This document shows positions 38,803 through 46,984 of a stretch of DNA of 64,000 nucleotides, piece after piece. Source of the stretch: an uncultured Gammaproteobacteria bacterium. GTDB taxonomy: Bacteria; Patescibacteriota; Microgenomatia; Levybacterales; GWA1-39-11. Below the pieces are notes generated by a model. That model was not told the origin of the DNA. It ran no database searches and saw nothing but the letters and a program-made list of their open reading frames with translations. The DNA lies in the NCBI GenBank assembly GCA_964409875.1, contig CAYPEN010000004.1, positions 11,596 through 75,595 of the forward strand. The letters are read 5' to 3'. The stretch's first letter is position 1. Each line of letters opens with the position of its first letter. The translations under genes and the position numbers were made by a program.

Positions 38803-38840
38803 AGTGTGAAGTATGATTTAGGATTTAGGATTTAGGATAT

Positions 38841-40625
38841 ATGAATATAAAAGAATTACGAGAATTAACATCAAAAATTATTATCATCGGATCGCATCCG
38901 GGAATTATTCAGTCAATTTTGGATTACGATTTTTTAGTAGGGCACACTACTCCATCTATTATTGGGATTGTTGCGAATGGAAGAAGATATGAACGTTTCT
39001 TTTTTGGAAAACATGAAACACTAATTCGTGTATATCCTACTCTCTCCTCTATCCCCAAAGAAATGAGAGAAAAAGTGAACATGCTTCTGAATGTCTCGTC
39101 AGGGAGGAGAACTTTCACCTCCACTGTTGAGGCAATAGATGCATTTCCAAATTTAAAACTCGGAACTCTTTTTGCAGAAGGTGTTCCTGAAAAACATGCA
39201 ATTGACCTTTTCGAATATGCAAAAGACAAAAACGTAACCCTTATCGGTCCGGCAAGTGTAGGGATAGTAGTTCCTGGAGCTTTTAAGCTGGGAGCAGTTG
39301 GAGGAATTTCGCAAAAACAAATAACTTCATCAGGCATTTGGTCAAATGGCGGTGTGTGTGTGCTCTCTGCTTCGGGGGGAATGGTGAACGAAATCATAAA
39401 TGTTGTGAATGGTACCCACAACAAAACCTCTTTTGCTCTTTCTTTTGGTGGAGATAGATTTCCTCTTCTAGAACCGGTTGATGCATTGATGGCAGCTCAA
39501 GTAGATGAGGCAACACAAGCAATTGTTTATTATGGTGAATTAGGGGGAGAAGATGAGTATAAATTGGCAAAACTCATAGAAATAGGACACATCACAAAGC
39601 CGGTTATTTGCTATGTTGCAGGAACAATTTCCGATCTTTTTGAAACTCCTCCGCAATTTGGGCATGCAAAAGCGATGGCAAAAAATATGGAAGAGTCAGC
39701 AAGTGCGAAGCGGGAGACTCTCAAAAAGGCGGGTGCAAAAGTTCCAGAAAGTTTTTCTGAATTTGTTGATATGATACGAAACCTTCCTGACTTTGGAACA
39801 GAAGAGGCAAGTGGTACAATTGAGTATATGGAAGATAGACGACACGCGCTCATTTCATCAAGCATTTCAAAAGATGTAGATGGGGACGTAAAAATATTGG
39901 GTGAGGATTTGACTACCTTTGCAAAAGATAATTCATTTGCAAAAATTGCTGCATCATTGTTTCTTGGGAAAAAATTACAAAATTCTGAAACCGAAGAGCT
40001 TGTCGATTTTATATTAAAAGTTAGCGTTGATCACGGACCCTATGTCTCGGGTGCACTTAACACTATTGTCTCTGCACGAGCAGGAAAGGACTTGGTCTCA
40101 TCATTGTCAGCCGGACTTTTGACGATAGGTCCTCGTTTTGGTGGTGCTCTGAACGAGGCAGCAAGGAATTGGTTTTCAGGGGTTGTTGATAACAAGACAG
40201 CCTTTCAATTCGTCGAAGAATTTGCAGCTCGGAAAGAATACATACAAGGTATTGGTCATAAAAAATACCGTATTGATATGCCTGACCCTAGGGTTTCTGA
40301 ACTTAAGAAGTTCATGGATAAATTGGAAAAGAAGAGGTTTATACATTTTGCTCTTAATGTCGAAAAAATAACAACGGATAAAAAAGGAAATCTGATACTC
40401 AACGTTGACGGTACAATAGCCGCCCTACTCCTCGACTTTCTTTCCGAAAAGGAGGGGTATACTGACGAACAATTATTTGAGTTAATCCAGCAAGAATTTT
40501 TCAATGCACTTTTTGTTCTCTCAAGAAGTGTTGGTTTTATCGCTCATTTCCTTGACCAAAAAAGACTCGACGAGGGATTATTGCGGTTAACTGAAGACGA
40601 TGTAGCAGATGCAAGTTTACAATAG
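38841..40625 (+). CDS. aclA: ATP-citrate lyase large subunit (CoA-binding + phosphohistidine loop + citrate-synthase-like domain)
   Basis: CoA-binding N-terminus; PPQFGHAKAMA matches the ACLY catalytic His loop (QFGHAGA); C-terminal GHKKYRIDMPDPR is citrate-synthase-like. Follows aclB after a 38 nt spacer. Confidence 0.85.
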   Translation: MNIKELRELTSKIIIIGSHPGIIQSILDYDFLVGHTTPSIIGIVANGRRYERFFFGKHETLIRVYPTLSSIPKEMREKVNMLLNVSSGRRTFTSTVEAIDAFPNLKLGTLFAEGVPEKHAIDLFEYAKDKNVTLIGPASVGIVVPGAFKLGAVGGISQKQITSSGIWSNGGVCVLSASGGMVNEIINVVNGTHNKTSFALSFGGDRFPLLEPVDALMAAQVDEATQAIVYYGELGGEDEYKLAKLIEIGHITKPVICYVAGTISDLFETPPQFGHAKAMAKNMEESASAKRETLKKAGAKVPESFSEFVDMIRNLPDFGTEEASGTIEYMEDRRHALISSSISKDVDGDVKILGEDLTTFAKDNSFAKIAASLFLGKKLQNSETEELVDFILKVSVDHGPYVSGALNTIVSARAGKDLVSSLSAGLLTIGPRFGGALNEAARNWFSGVVDNKTAFQFVEEFAARKEYIQGIGHKKYRIDMPDPRVSELKKFMDKLEKKRFIHFALNVEKITTDKKGNLILNVDGTIAALLLDFLSEKEGYTDEQLFELIQQEFFNALFVLSRSVGFIAHFLDQKRLDEGLLRLTEDDVADASLQ

Positions 40626-41574
40626 CGTTCTCCTCTCAACTATTCTCTGGTATCAAATTGGCGGTATCGCCAAAACCGTTATTGATGTTTCCTCAAAAGA
40701 AGATGTTTATGAGGCCCTGAATTACATAAAATCCCACAATGAGACGAAGGTTTTTATTCTTGGGATGGGTTCTAATTTGCTTTTCTCTGATGAGGGATAT
40801 GATGGGGTAATAATCCGCTTTTTGTCTCAAGAAGACGGAATGGGCGTGAAATTACTTGAAAATGGTGTAGTTGAAAGTTTTGCCGGGGAATTTTTAGATA
40901 GTGTTATTCAAACCGGATTTGAACATGATCTTACGGGACTTGAATGGGCAGGGGGACTTCCAGGGACGGTTGGAGCAGCCGTCAGGGGAAATGTTGGTGC
41001 GTTTGGAGGAGAGATAAAAGACAGTTTTGTGAAAGCACATTGTATCCGCTTGCAAGAAAACGGGGATTATGAAGAAGTCACAATAAGTCATGCGGAGATG
41101 GATTTTGCATATCGTTCAAGCAAGGTAAAAACGGAGAAATTAATTGTTGTATCCGCTCAGTTTCAATTAAAACAGGCAACTCCGGAGGAACTACTCGCAG
41201 CCCGCGAAACGTACTACGCAAACATCCGCTACAGGCAGGACAATCATCCACTCGATTATCCAAATTGCGGAAGCGTATTCAAAAATATCTCCAAAGGGGA
41301 AGAAGTTGAAAGGATTCTCGAGTCATGGGGAGATATTAAAGATTTGGTATATGGAAAATGGCATGGAAAAGTGAGTATGGGGTACGTTATTGATAGACTT
41401 GGATTTAAAGGTCAAAGAAACGGAGCAGCACAAGTGAGTGAAAAACATCAGAATTTTATAGTGAATCTTGGGGGAGCAAAAGCCAATGACGTGAAGGGTC
41501 TTATCTCCGAAATTGAGGAAGAAATGCAGGAATCATTTGGTTTCACCCCGGAGGTCGAAATTGAAATAGTATAA
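40609..41574 (+). CDS. murB: UDP-N-acetylenolpyruvoylglucosamine reductase
   Basis: FAD-binding ILGMGSNLL region and NCGSVFKN motif. Overlaps the aclA end by 17 nt. Confidence 0.85.
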   Translation: MQVYNSVLLSTILWYQIGGIAKTVIDVSSKEDVYEALNYIKSHNETKVFILGMGSNLLFSDEGYDGVIIRFLSQEDGMGVKLLENGVVESFAGEFLDSVIQTGFEHDLTGLEWAGGLPGTVGAAVRGNVGAFGGEIKDSFVKAHCIRLQENGDYEEVTISHAEMDFAYRSSKVKTEKLIVVSAQFQLKQATPEELLAARETYYANIRYRQDNHPLDYPNCGSVFKNISKGEEVERILESWGDIKDLVYGKWHGKVSMGYVIDRLGFKGQRNGAAQVSEKHQNFIVNLGGAKANDVKGLISEIEEEMQESFGFTPEVEIEIV

Positions 41575-41580
41575 ATTTTC

Positions 41581-42375
41581 TTAAAGAACCCTTTTGCCTC
41601 GTTCTGCCCTTCTAATTAGCCTGTTTATTCTGTCATCAACAACACTTCCAAACATCTTTCTGGATTTTTCAATCATTGATACAATTTCGTCCCTTTCTAA
41701 CTTGTAAACCCCAGTTTCTTTTTTTAGCACTGCTTCTCTCAAATCTCCGGAATATCCTGTTAGTCCAGTACCTACACCATAAAAATGGCCGTCAGTTCCT
41801 CCAACCGGAGCTACTGTTCCTTGCCCATTACTTATAAACCATTCATAAGCTTTACTATTAGCTGTGCTCGTGCCCAAAGAATCGAGCCCAGCATTAAATA
41901 TTTCTACCCCATCCACATGTGCGTCCTCGTCGTCAATACCAAGTATCTCTTCAATTTGGTTGCCGTCCACCGATCTCATTCCAAGATTTTTATAAAAAGG
42001 ATGAGCAGCGACTACAATTCCATTCTGTCTATGAACTTCACGAATTGAATTCGCGGGCGAGAGCCCTGTAGAAATTTCTTCCGAAAGAAATAATCCTAAT
42101 AAGTGCCCTCTTGTGGAAGTAGTTATCTCTTGTCCCGGTACAATTTCAATTGGATAACGCATTATTTCCGCGTATCTTCTTGCTTCAAGCGCAGGACTTA
42201 ATTTATCATGATCGGTAATAGCCAATGCATTCATGTGTCCTAGCTCAACAGCGAGATCAACGACTTTCCTTACCTCCATTTGACCATCGGATTTATTAGT
42301 ATGCATATGTAGGTCCGCAAACTTTGTTGCCTCAGGCGATACACCGTAAATTTCAAGCATGGCAAATTTTACCAT
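41581..42375 (-). CDS. PHP-domain phosphoesterase
   Basis: DLHMHTNKSDG ... ITDHD. Start placed at the ATG (MVKFAML) that avoids overlap with the upstream gene; the track ORF extends to 42447. Confidence 0.7.
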   Translation of the reverse strand: MVKFAMLEIYGVSPEATKFADLHMHTNKSDGQMEVRKVVDLAVELGHMNALAITDHDKLSPALEARRYAEIMRYPIEIVPGQEITTSTRGHLLGLFLSEEISTGLSPANSIREVHRQNGIVVAAHPFYKNLGMRSVDGNQIEEILGIDDEDAHVDGVEIFNAGLDSLGTSTANSKAYEWFISNGQGTVAPVGGTDGHFYGVGTGLTGYSGDLREAVLKKETGVYKLERDEIVSMIEKSRKMFGSVVDDRINRLIRRAERGKRVL

Positions 42376-42400
42376 ATGGAGAAAAAGTTCTTTTATTTGC

Positions 42401-43000
42401 CTATTTAGGGGAATTATCCAAGCTTTGCCACAAGATGCGACATGCATAGGTTCTATAAGGAATCCATTTTTGCGAGATTTTAAGCAATTCTTTCTCTGTA
42501 GGATTTTCGAGTGCGTATAGCCGTACCATCGCGTTTCGAAGACCTAAATCTCCAACCGAAAAAACATCAGGACGGGCAAGTGCAAACATCAAAAACATCT
42601 CAGCTGACCATGTTCCGATTCCCTTAACTTTTGTGAGATTCTGGATTACTGTTTCTTCATCTGCTTCTTCCAGTTCTTCAAGAAGCAATTCTTTCGTGTG
42701 AACTTTTTCGGCCAAATCCTTTATGTATTTTATTTTTGGATAAGAAATTCCACACGCTCTGATATCTTCATCTTTTTGAGCAAGGATTGACTGCGCTGTT
42801 ACACCCTTTTTGAATAACTTCTCAAATCTTCCCCAAATGGTTGAGGCAGCTTTTACGGATAATTGTTGCCCTACAATCGCTCTGACAAGGCGCACAAAAT
42901 GATTGGAACTTTTTTCAAGAACAATGGGGTCAATGCTCTCTGCAAGTTCGTAAAGAAGCGGGTCAACTTTTTTAAAATGTTGAAGAGCTTTTTGATACAC
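42401..43000 (-). CDS. HhH-GPD family DNA glycosylase (AlkA/3-methyladenine glycosylase II-like)
   Basis: Helix-hairpin-helix GIGTWSAEMF and catalytic Asp (VFSVGDLGL). Confidence 0.75.
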   Translation of the reverse strand: MYQKALQHFKKVDPLLYELAESIDPIVLEKSSNHFVRLVRAIVGQQLSVKAASTIWGRFEKLFKKGVTAQSILAQKDEDIRACGISYPKIKYIKDLAEKVHTKELLLEELEEADEETVIQNLTKVKGIGTWSAEMFLMFALARPDVFSVGDLGLRNAMVRLYALENPTEKELLKISQKWIPYRTYACRILWQSLDNSPK

Positions 43001-43057
43001 TTATAAGTATTATATAGCAAAAAGAGTCAATGTTTATTAGACAGCTGTTTGCTATAA

Positions 43058-43867
43058 TTGAACGTTATTATGGAGGAAAAAAAGGGCCCAAAGCTTACGT
43101 TTTCAGTTGCAGATATTCCGCTTGGTATTGCACTTGAAGAATATTTTTTGCTTGCAAATAATCTCAACGTTGACGGGTTAGAGGTGGTTGTCGGATGGAA
43201 AACCAGGTTTCAAATGAGAAAATTGGCCCGTCTTTCCAAAAGATATAATGTACCTATTCTTTCTATTCATCAACCAGCCTGGTCAGTGGCCGGATTTTGG
43301 CAAGATGAGAAGGCATTCTACTTTGCGAAAAAATTCAATGCCGTGTATGTTGCACATCCGCTCGTTAATACCCACATAAATTCACCAAAATCAAAAGCGT
43401 ATTACAAATGGCTTGTTGAGATGCAAAAAAAATATGAAATTGAAATTCTGATTGAGAATATGACCAATATTTATCAACTTATGCCTCTACTTCATTATGT
43501 AAGCAAAAAGCATCATGATAGTGCGACAGATGTAGAATATTTTGACAGTATATGCAAAAAATATGGTTTTGGATTTACTCTTGATATCTCACATCTTATG
43601 GAAAGCGAACCTCAAAAAGCCGATGGATTTATGGAATTATGGCCATTTCTTAAGAATATCCACCTTTCGGATTTTACCGAGAAGAAAGAACACATGGGCC
43701 TTGGGGACGGGGTCCTTAATTATGAAAGTTTCCTTACATATTTAAAGGAAAAAAATTATACCGGACTTATCAATTTGGAGCTTTGTCCCAGAATCCTTAA
43801 TGCAAGAGAGAAGTATTACAAAGACATAGCAAAGTCAGTAAAAATAGTACGAGAGTACTTCCCATAA
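43058..43867 (+). CDS. xylose-isomerase-like TIM-barrel (AP endonuclease 2 family) protein
   Basis: Sugar phosphate isomerase/epimerase-like pattern (HQPAW, ILIEN, LDISHL). Confidence 0.6.
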   Translation: MNVIMEEKKGPKLTFSVADIPLGIALEEYFLLANNLNVDGLEVVVGWKTRFQMRKLARLSKRYNVPILSIHQPAWSVAGFWQDEKAFYFAKKFNAVYVAHPLVNTHINSPKSKAYYKWLVEMQKKYEIEILIENMTNIYQLMPLLHYVSKKHHDSATDVEYFDSICKKYGFGFTLDISHLMESEPQKADGFMELWPFLKNIHLSDFTEKKEHMGLGDGVLNYESFLTYLKEKNYTGLINLELCPRILNAREKYYKDIAKSVKIVREYFP

Positions 43868-43876
43868 ATTTTTGAT

Positions 43877-43900
43877 ATGTCTTTGAGCTTCTAAAGACAT
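43877..43900. terminator. perfect 8-bp stem hairpin ATGTCTTT-n8-AAAGACAT
   Basis: Lies immediately downstream of the 43058..43867 gene, inside a partial duplication of its 3' end. Confidence 0.4.
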
Positions 43901-43929
43901 AGCAAAATCAGTAAAAATAGTTCGCGAAT
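43894..43929 (+). repeat. direct repeat: near-copy of the last ~36 nt of the upstream CDS (first copy at 43821-43856)
   Basis: AAGACATAGCAAA(G/A)TCAGTAAAAATAGT(A/T)CG occurs twice, ~73 nt apart. Confidence 0.6.
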
Positions 43930-44015
43930 TTTTTTCATAACCTCTTTATTCTTGACAGGTAACTTCTCAATACTTCATACTGGTAGTGTATTTTTAAAAA
44001 AGGAGGTGATTTTAT

Positions 44016-44408
44016 ATGGCTACTAAAAAAAGTGCACAAAAAGATAACGACATGACGATGAAAATTTTTATCGCGGTAGCACTTGTTATCGCATTTGTTG
44101 GAGGATACCTTATTGCCAGGGCAAAATATAAACCGCAACTTCAGGAGCTTTCAAAAATGGTTCTTGATAAAGATGAAGCATTGCAACAGATGAAGTCATA
44201 CAACAACAAAATCATGATGAAGGATGACAAGATGTGGGTTGTAGAGAATGGGAAAGTAAAAGAAATGGATTCAGATGTTATGATGCCAAGCGGTGACAAA
44301 GTTATGATGAACGGAAAGGTGATGAGAGCGGATGGAACTGATGTAATGATGAAAAATGGTGAAGCAATAGATATGGATGGGAAGATGATGTCCGATGGGA
44401 CTAATTAA
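44016..44408 (+). CDS. membrane-anchored Met-rich repeat protein (MXKDX-like pentapeptide repeats)
   Basis: Strong AAGGAGGTGA RBS. TM anchor, then repeats of MMKDD/VMMNGKVM/VMMKNGEAIDMDGKMM. Confidence 0.6.
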   Translation: MATKKSAQKDNDMTMKIFIAVALVIAFVGGYLIARAKYKPQLQELSKMVLDKDEALQQMKSYNNKIMMKDDKMWVVENGKVKEMDSDVMMPSGDKVMMNGKVMRADGTDVMMKNGEAIDMDGKMMSDGTN

Positions 44409-44416
44409 ACTCTTTC

Positions 44417-45844
44417 CTAAATCTTTGCAACCTCACTTTTTCTTCTTCCAATATCCATGGGGTAGTTTCCTGTAAATGCTGAAGTTGAGAAGGCATCCTC
44501 GGGAAGGCCCGTTGCTTCTATCATTTTTTCGTAGGGAAGGAAATGTAGTGTATCCGCGCTAATGTAATTTCTCATTTCTTCAACTGACATTCTGGCTGCG
44601 AGAAGTTTGCTTTGTTGTGGCGTATCTATTCCATAAAAATCAGGATATTTTACGGGAGATGATGTGATGAGCATATGCACCTCAGCAGCTCCAGCATTTC
44701 GTATCATTCTTACCACTTCCCGAGGGGTTGTCCCTCTTACAATGCTGTCATCAACGACAATTACCCTTTGACCTGCCAAAACTTCGGGGAGAGGAGTTAG
44801 TTTTTCCCTTACCTTCTGGGCCCGTATGTCTTCTCCGGGATCAATGAAAGTCCTTCCGCTATAGGTGTTTTTTATGAGCCCAACCTCTTTTGGAATACCT
44901 GAAGCCCGTGCAAACCCATGTGCAGCGGGAAGACCTGAGTTGGGCACATCAATAACAATATCACCTTTAACATCTGGAAATTCTTCAGCAAGCATTTCTC
45001 CGAACCGCTCACGTACTTTATATACACTCTTACCTAATAACTGGCTGTCCGGTCTTGAGAAGTATACGAATTCAAAAATATCCAATTTTTGTTCGCCATC
45101 GGCAAACTGATGAGAAGTAACACCATTCTTGTCTATAACAACTTCCTCGCCTGGACGAAGGTCTCTTATGTGTCTCATATCTTGCGTAAATGCACATGTT
45201 TCAGATGCGAGGAGGTAGCCGTTCTTGTAAGAAGCAAGCGATAGTGGACGTATGCCTTTAGGGTCACGAAGAGCGACAACTCTATTTTTATCCATAAGAA
45301 CGAGAGAATATGCGCCGGTGAAAAGGGGAGCAGCTTCACGAGCGGCTTCTTCAAGCGGTGCGCCGCATTTCATATACTGTCCAATAGCTGCATGCATCAT
45401 CTCTGAATCATTCATTTGATTGGTTGGAATGCCCCTTGAGCTGAGAAATTCTTCAAGCTTTGAGGTATCGGGAATATTGCCATTATGGGCGAGTGCAAAA
45501 GATGCAGGTTCTCCCACAATAGGCTGAAAATGCAGATTATTCCCCCCATTTCCATTGCTCGTACTATATCTATTGTGTCCAATAGCAATACTGCCCGGGA
45601 GATTGGTAATATCAAAATCCTCGGGGTCAAATACTTGGGTTACAAGCCCTCTTCCCCTCCTATGAAATAAAGATTCTCCTTCCGAACTTACAACACCTGA
45701 ACCCTCCTGTCCTCTATGCTGGAGTCTGAAAAGGCCGGTTGTTACAAGCCGTGCGGCATTGTCTATTTCCGGAATATTTGCGGCAAACACAGCGCACTTC
45801 TCGTTTAATTCAGCAGCATGAACGGTTGCTTCGGGAGATGGCAT
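44417..45844 (-). CDS. purF: amidophosphoribosyltransferase
   Basis: Propeptide then N-terminal nucleophile Cys (ELNEKCAVFAA); PRTase motif VVDDSIVRGTT. Confidence 0.92.
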   Translation of the reverse strand: MPSPEATVHAAELNEKCAVFAANIPEIDNAARLVTTGLFRLQHRGQEGSGVVSSEGESLFHRRGRGLVTQVFDPEDFDITNLPGSIAIGHNRYSTSNGNGGNNLHFQPIVGEPASFALAHNGNIPDTSKLEEFLSSRGIPTNQMNDSEMMHAAIGQYMKCGAPLEEAAREAAPLFTGAYSLVLMDKNRVVALRDPKGIRPLSLASYKNGYLLASETCAFTQDMRHIRDLRPGEEVVIDKNGVTSHQFADGEQKLDIFEFVYFSRPDSQLLGKSVYKVRERFGEMLAEEFPDVKGDIVIDVPNSGLPAAHGFARASGIPKEVGLIKNTYSGRTFIDPGEDIRAQKVREKLTPLPEVLAGQRVIVVDDSIVRGTTPREVVRMIRNAGAAEVHMLITSSPVKYPDFYGIDTPQQSKLLAARMSVEEMRNYISADTLHFLPYEKMIEATGLPEDAFSTSAFTGNYPMDIGRRKSEVAKI

Positions 45845-45891
45845 TTACACTTTTACTATACTTACTAAAAATTAGGAATTCAATAAGAAAT

Positions 45892-46938
45892 TTAGGAGTA
45901 CTTTTTCAATAAATTCACTAAGGCATCTTCGCTCCATGAAAGTCCCTTTATTTGAGGTTTTTTGTTTTTGTGCGCTTCGAAGTGGGGAACAAGCACTTTT
46001 TTTGAATATGTTTTGATAACCGTTGGATGGATATAGTAGTTCCTACAGACTGCAACGGTATTATTAAGATGTACTGCAACCTTTTTTACCGTATCAACGA
46101 CATTTTTCTTTATTTCGCTCGCATTCTCGGCTTGCCCCTTTTTATAAAATATCTCAGAAGAAAGAGTGGTTGCTCCCCACGTCCTAAAATCCTTGGCGGT
46201 AAAATCATTTTGCGTTACATCTTGTAAAAAATCATTGACATCCTGAGAATCAATTACGTGCCTTTCCCCCTCGTCATCGATATACTGAAATAATTCATAG
46301 CCAGGCAACTCAATGCACTTTTTTATGGTTTTAACAACTGTTGGGTTTGTCACTTCAATAACATTTTCAACTCCGTGTTTTCCTCTAAAACGGAAAACAA
46401 TCTCTCCCGTTTTTACCAATGCATGCTTGTTGCGAAGCGTTGTGAGACCATATGAATCGTTTTCTTTTTGATACTCTTCATTTCCAATCCGGACAAACGT
46501 ATGTTCTAAAAGCCAGACAATTGTTGCAAGAATTTTTTGCTTTGACATATCCTTTGAGTGCATGTCATATGCTATTTTTGAACGTATTTTCGGTAGACTT
46601 AGTCCAAAATCGACCATTTTTGAGAACTTATTTTCCTGACTTATTTTCTTCCAGTCTTCGTGATATATATATTGTTTTCTTCCTTTCTCATCGATACCGG
46701 TTGCCTGTAAATGGCCATTTTGAAAGGGCGCAATCCAAACATTCTTCCAAGCCGGTGGAATAACAAGCTTCTTAATTCGTTCAAGAGTTTTTTCATCTTT
46801 TATTTTATTTCCTTCCGTGTCGTAATAAGAAAAAGAACCCCTGTTCTTTTGTCTAAAGTACCCCGGAGCTGCATCTGAGATATAACGGAGCGATTCCTTT
46901 TTAAGCCCTTCAATTAAATTGGGGGTGAGATTATCCAT
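45892..46938 (-). CDS. DNA topoisomerase IB (bacterial/poxvirus type)
   Basis: Characteristic N-terminal fragment GSFSYYDTEGNKIKDEKTLERIKKLVIPPAW and the catalytic Tyr region near the C-terminus (CRNYYIHP). Confidence 0.85.
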   Translation of the reverse strand: MDNLTPNLIEGLKKESLRYISDAAPGYFRQKNRGSFSYYDTEGNKIKDEKTLERIKKLVIPPAWKNVWIAPFQNGHLQATGIDEKGRKQYIYHEDWKKISQENKFSKMVDFGLSLPKIRSKIAYDMHSKDMSKQKILATIVWLLEHTFVRIGNEEYQKENDSYGLTTLRNKHALVKTGEIVFRFRGKHGVENVIEVTNPTVVKTIKKCIELPGYELFQYIDDEGERHVIDSQDVNDFLQDVTQNDFTAKDFRTWGATTLSSEIFYKKGQAENASEIKKNVVDTVKKVAVHLNNTVAVCRNYYIHPTVIKTYSKKVLVPHFEAHKNKKPQIKGLSWSEDALVNLLKKYS

Positions 46939-46984
46939 AGGTGTATTTAAAAGGTTACAGTATGAGAAGGGAGTTTTACAACAA

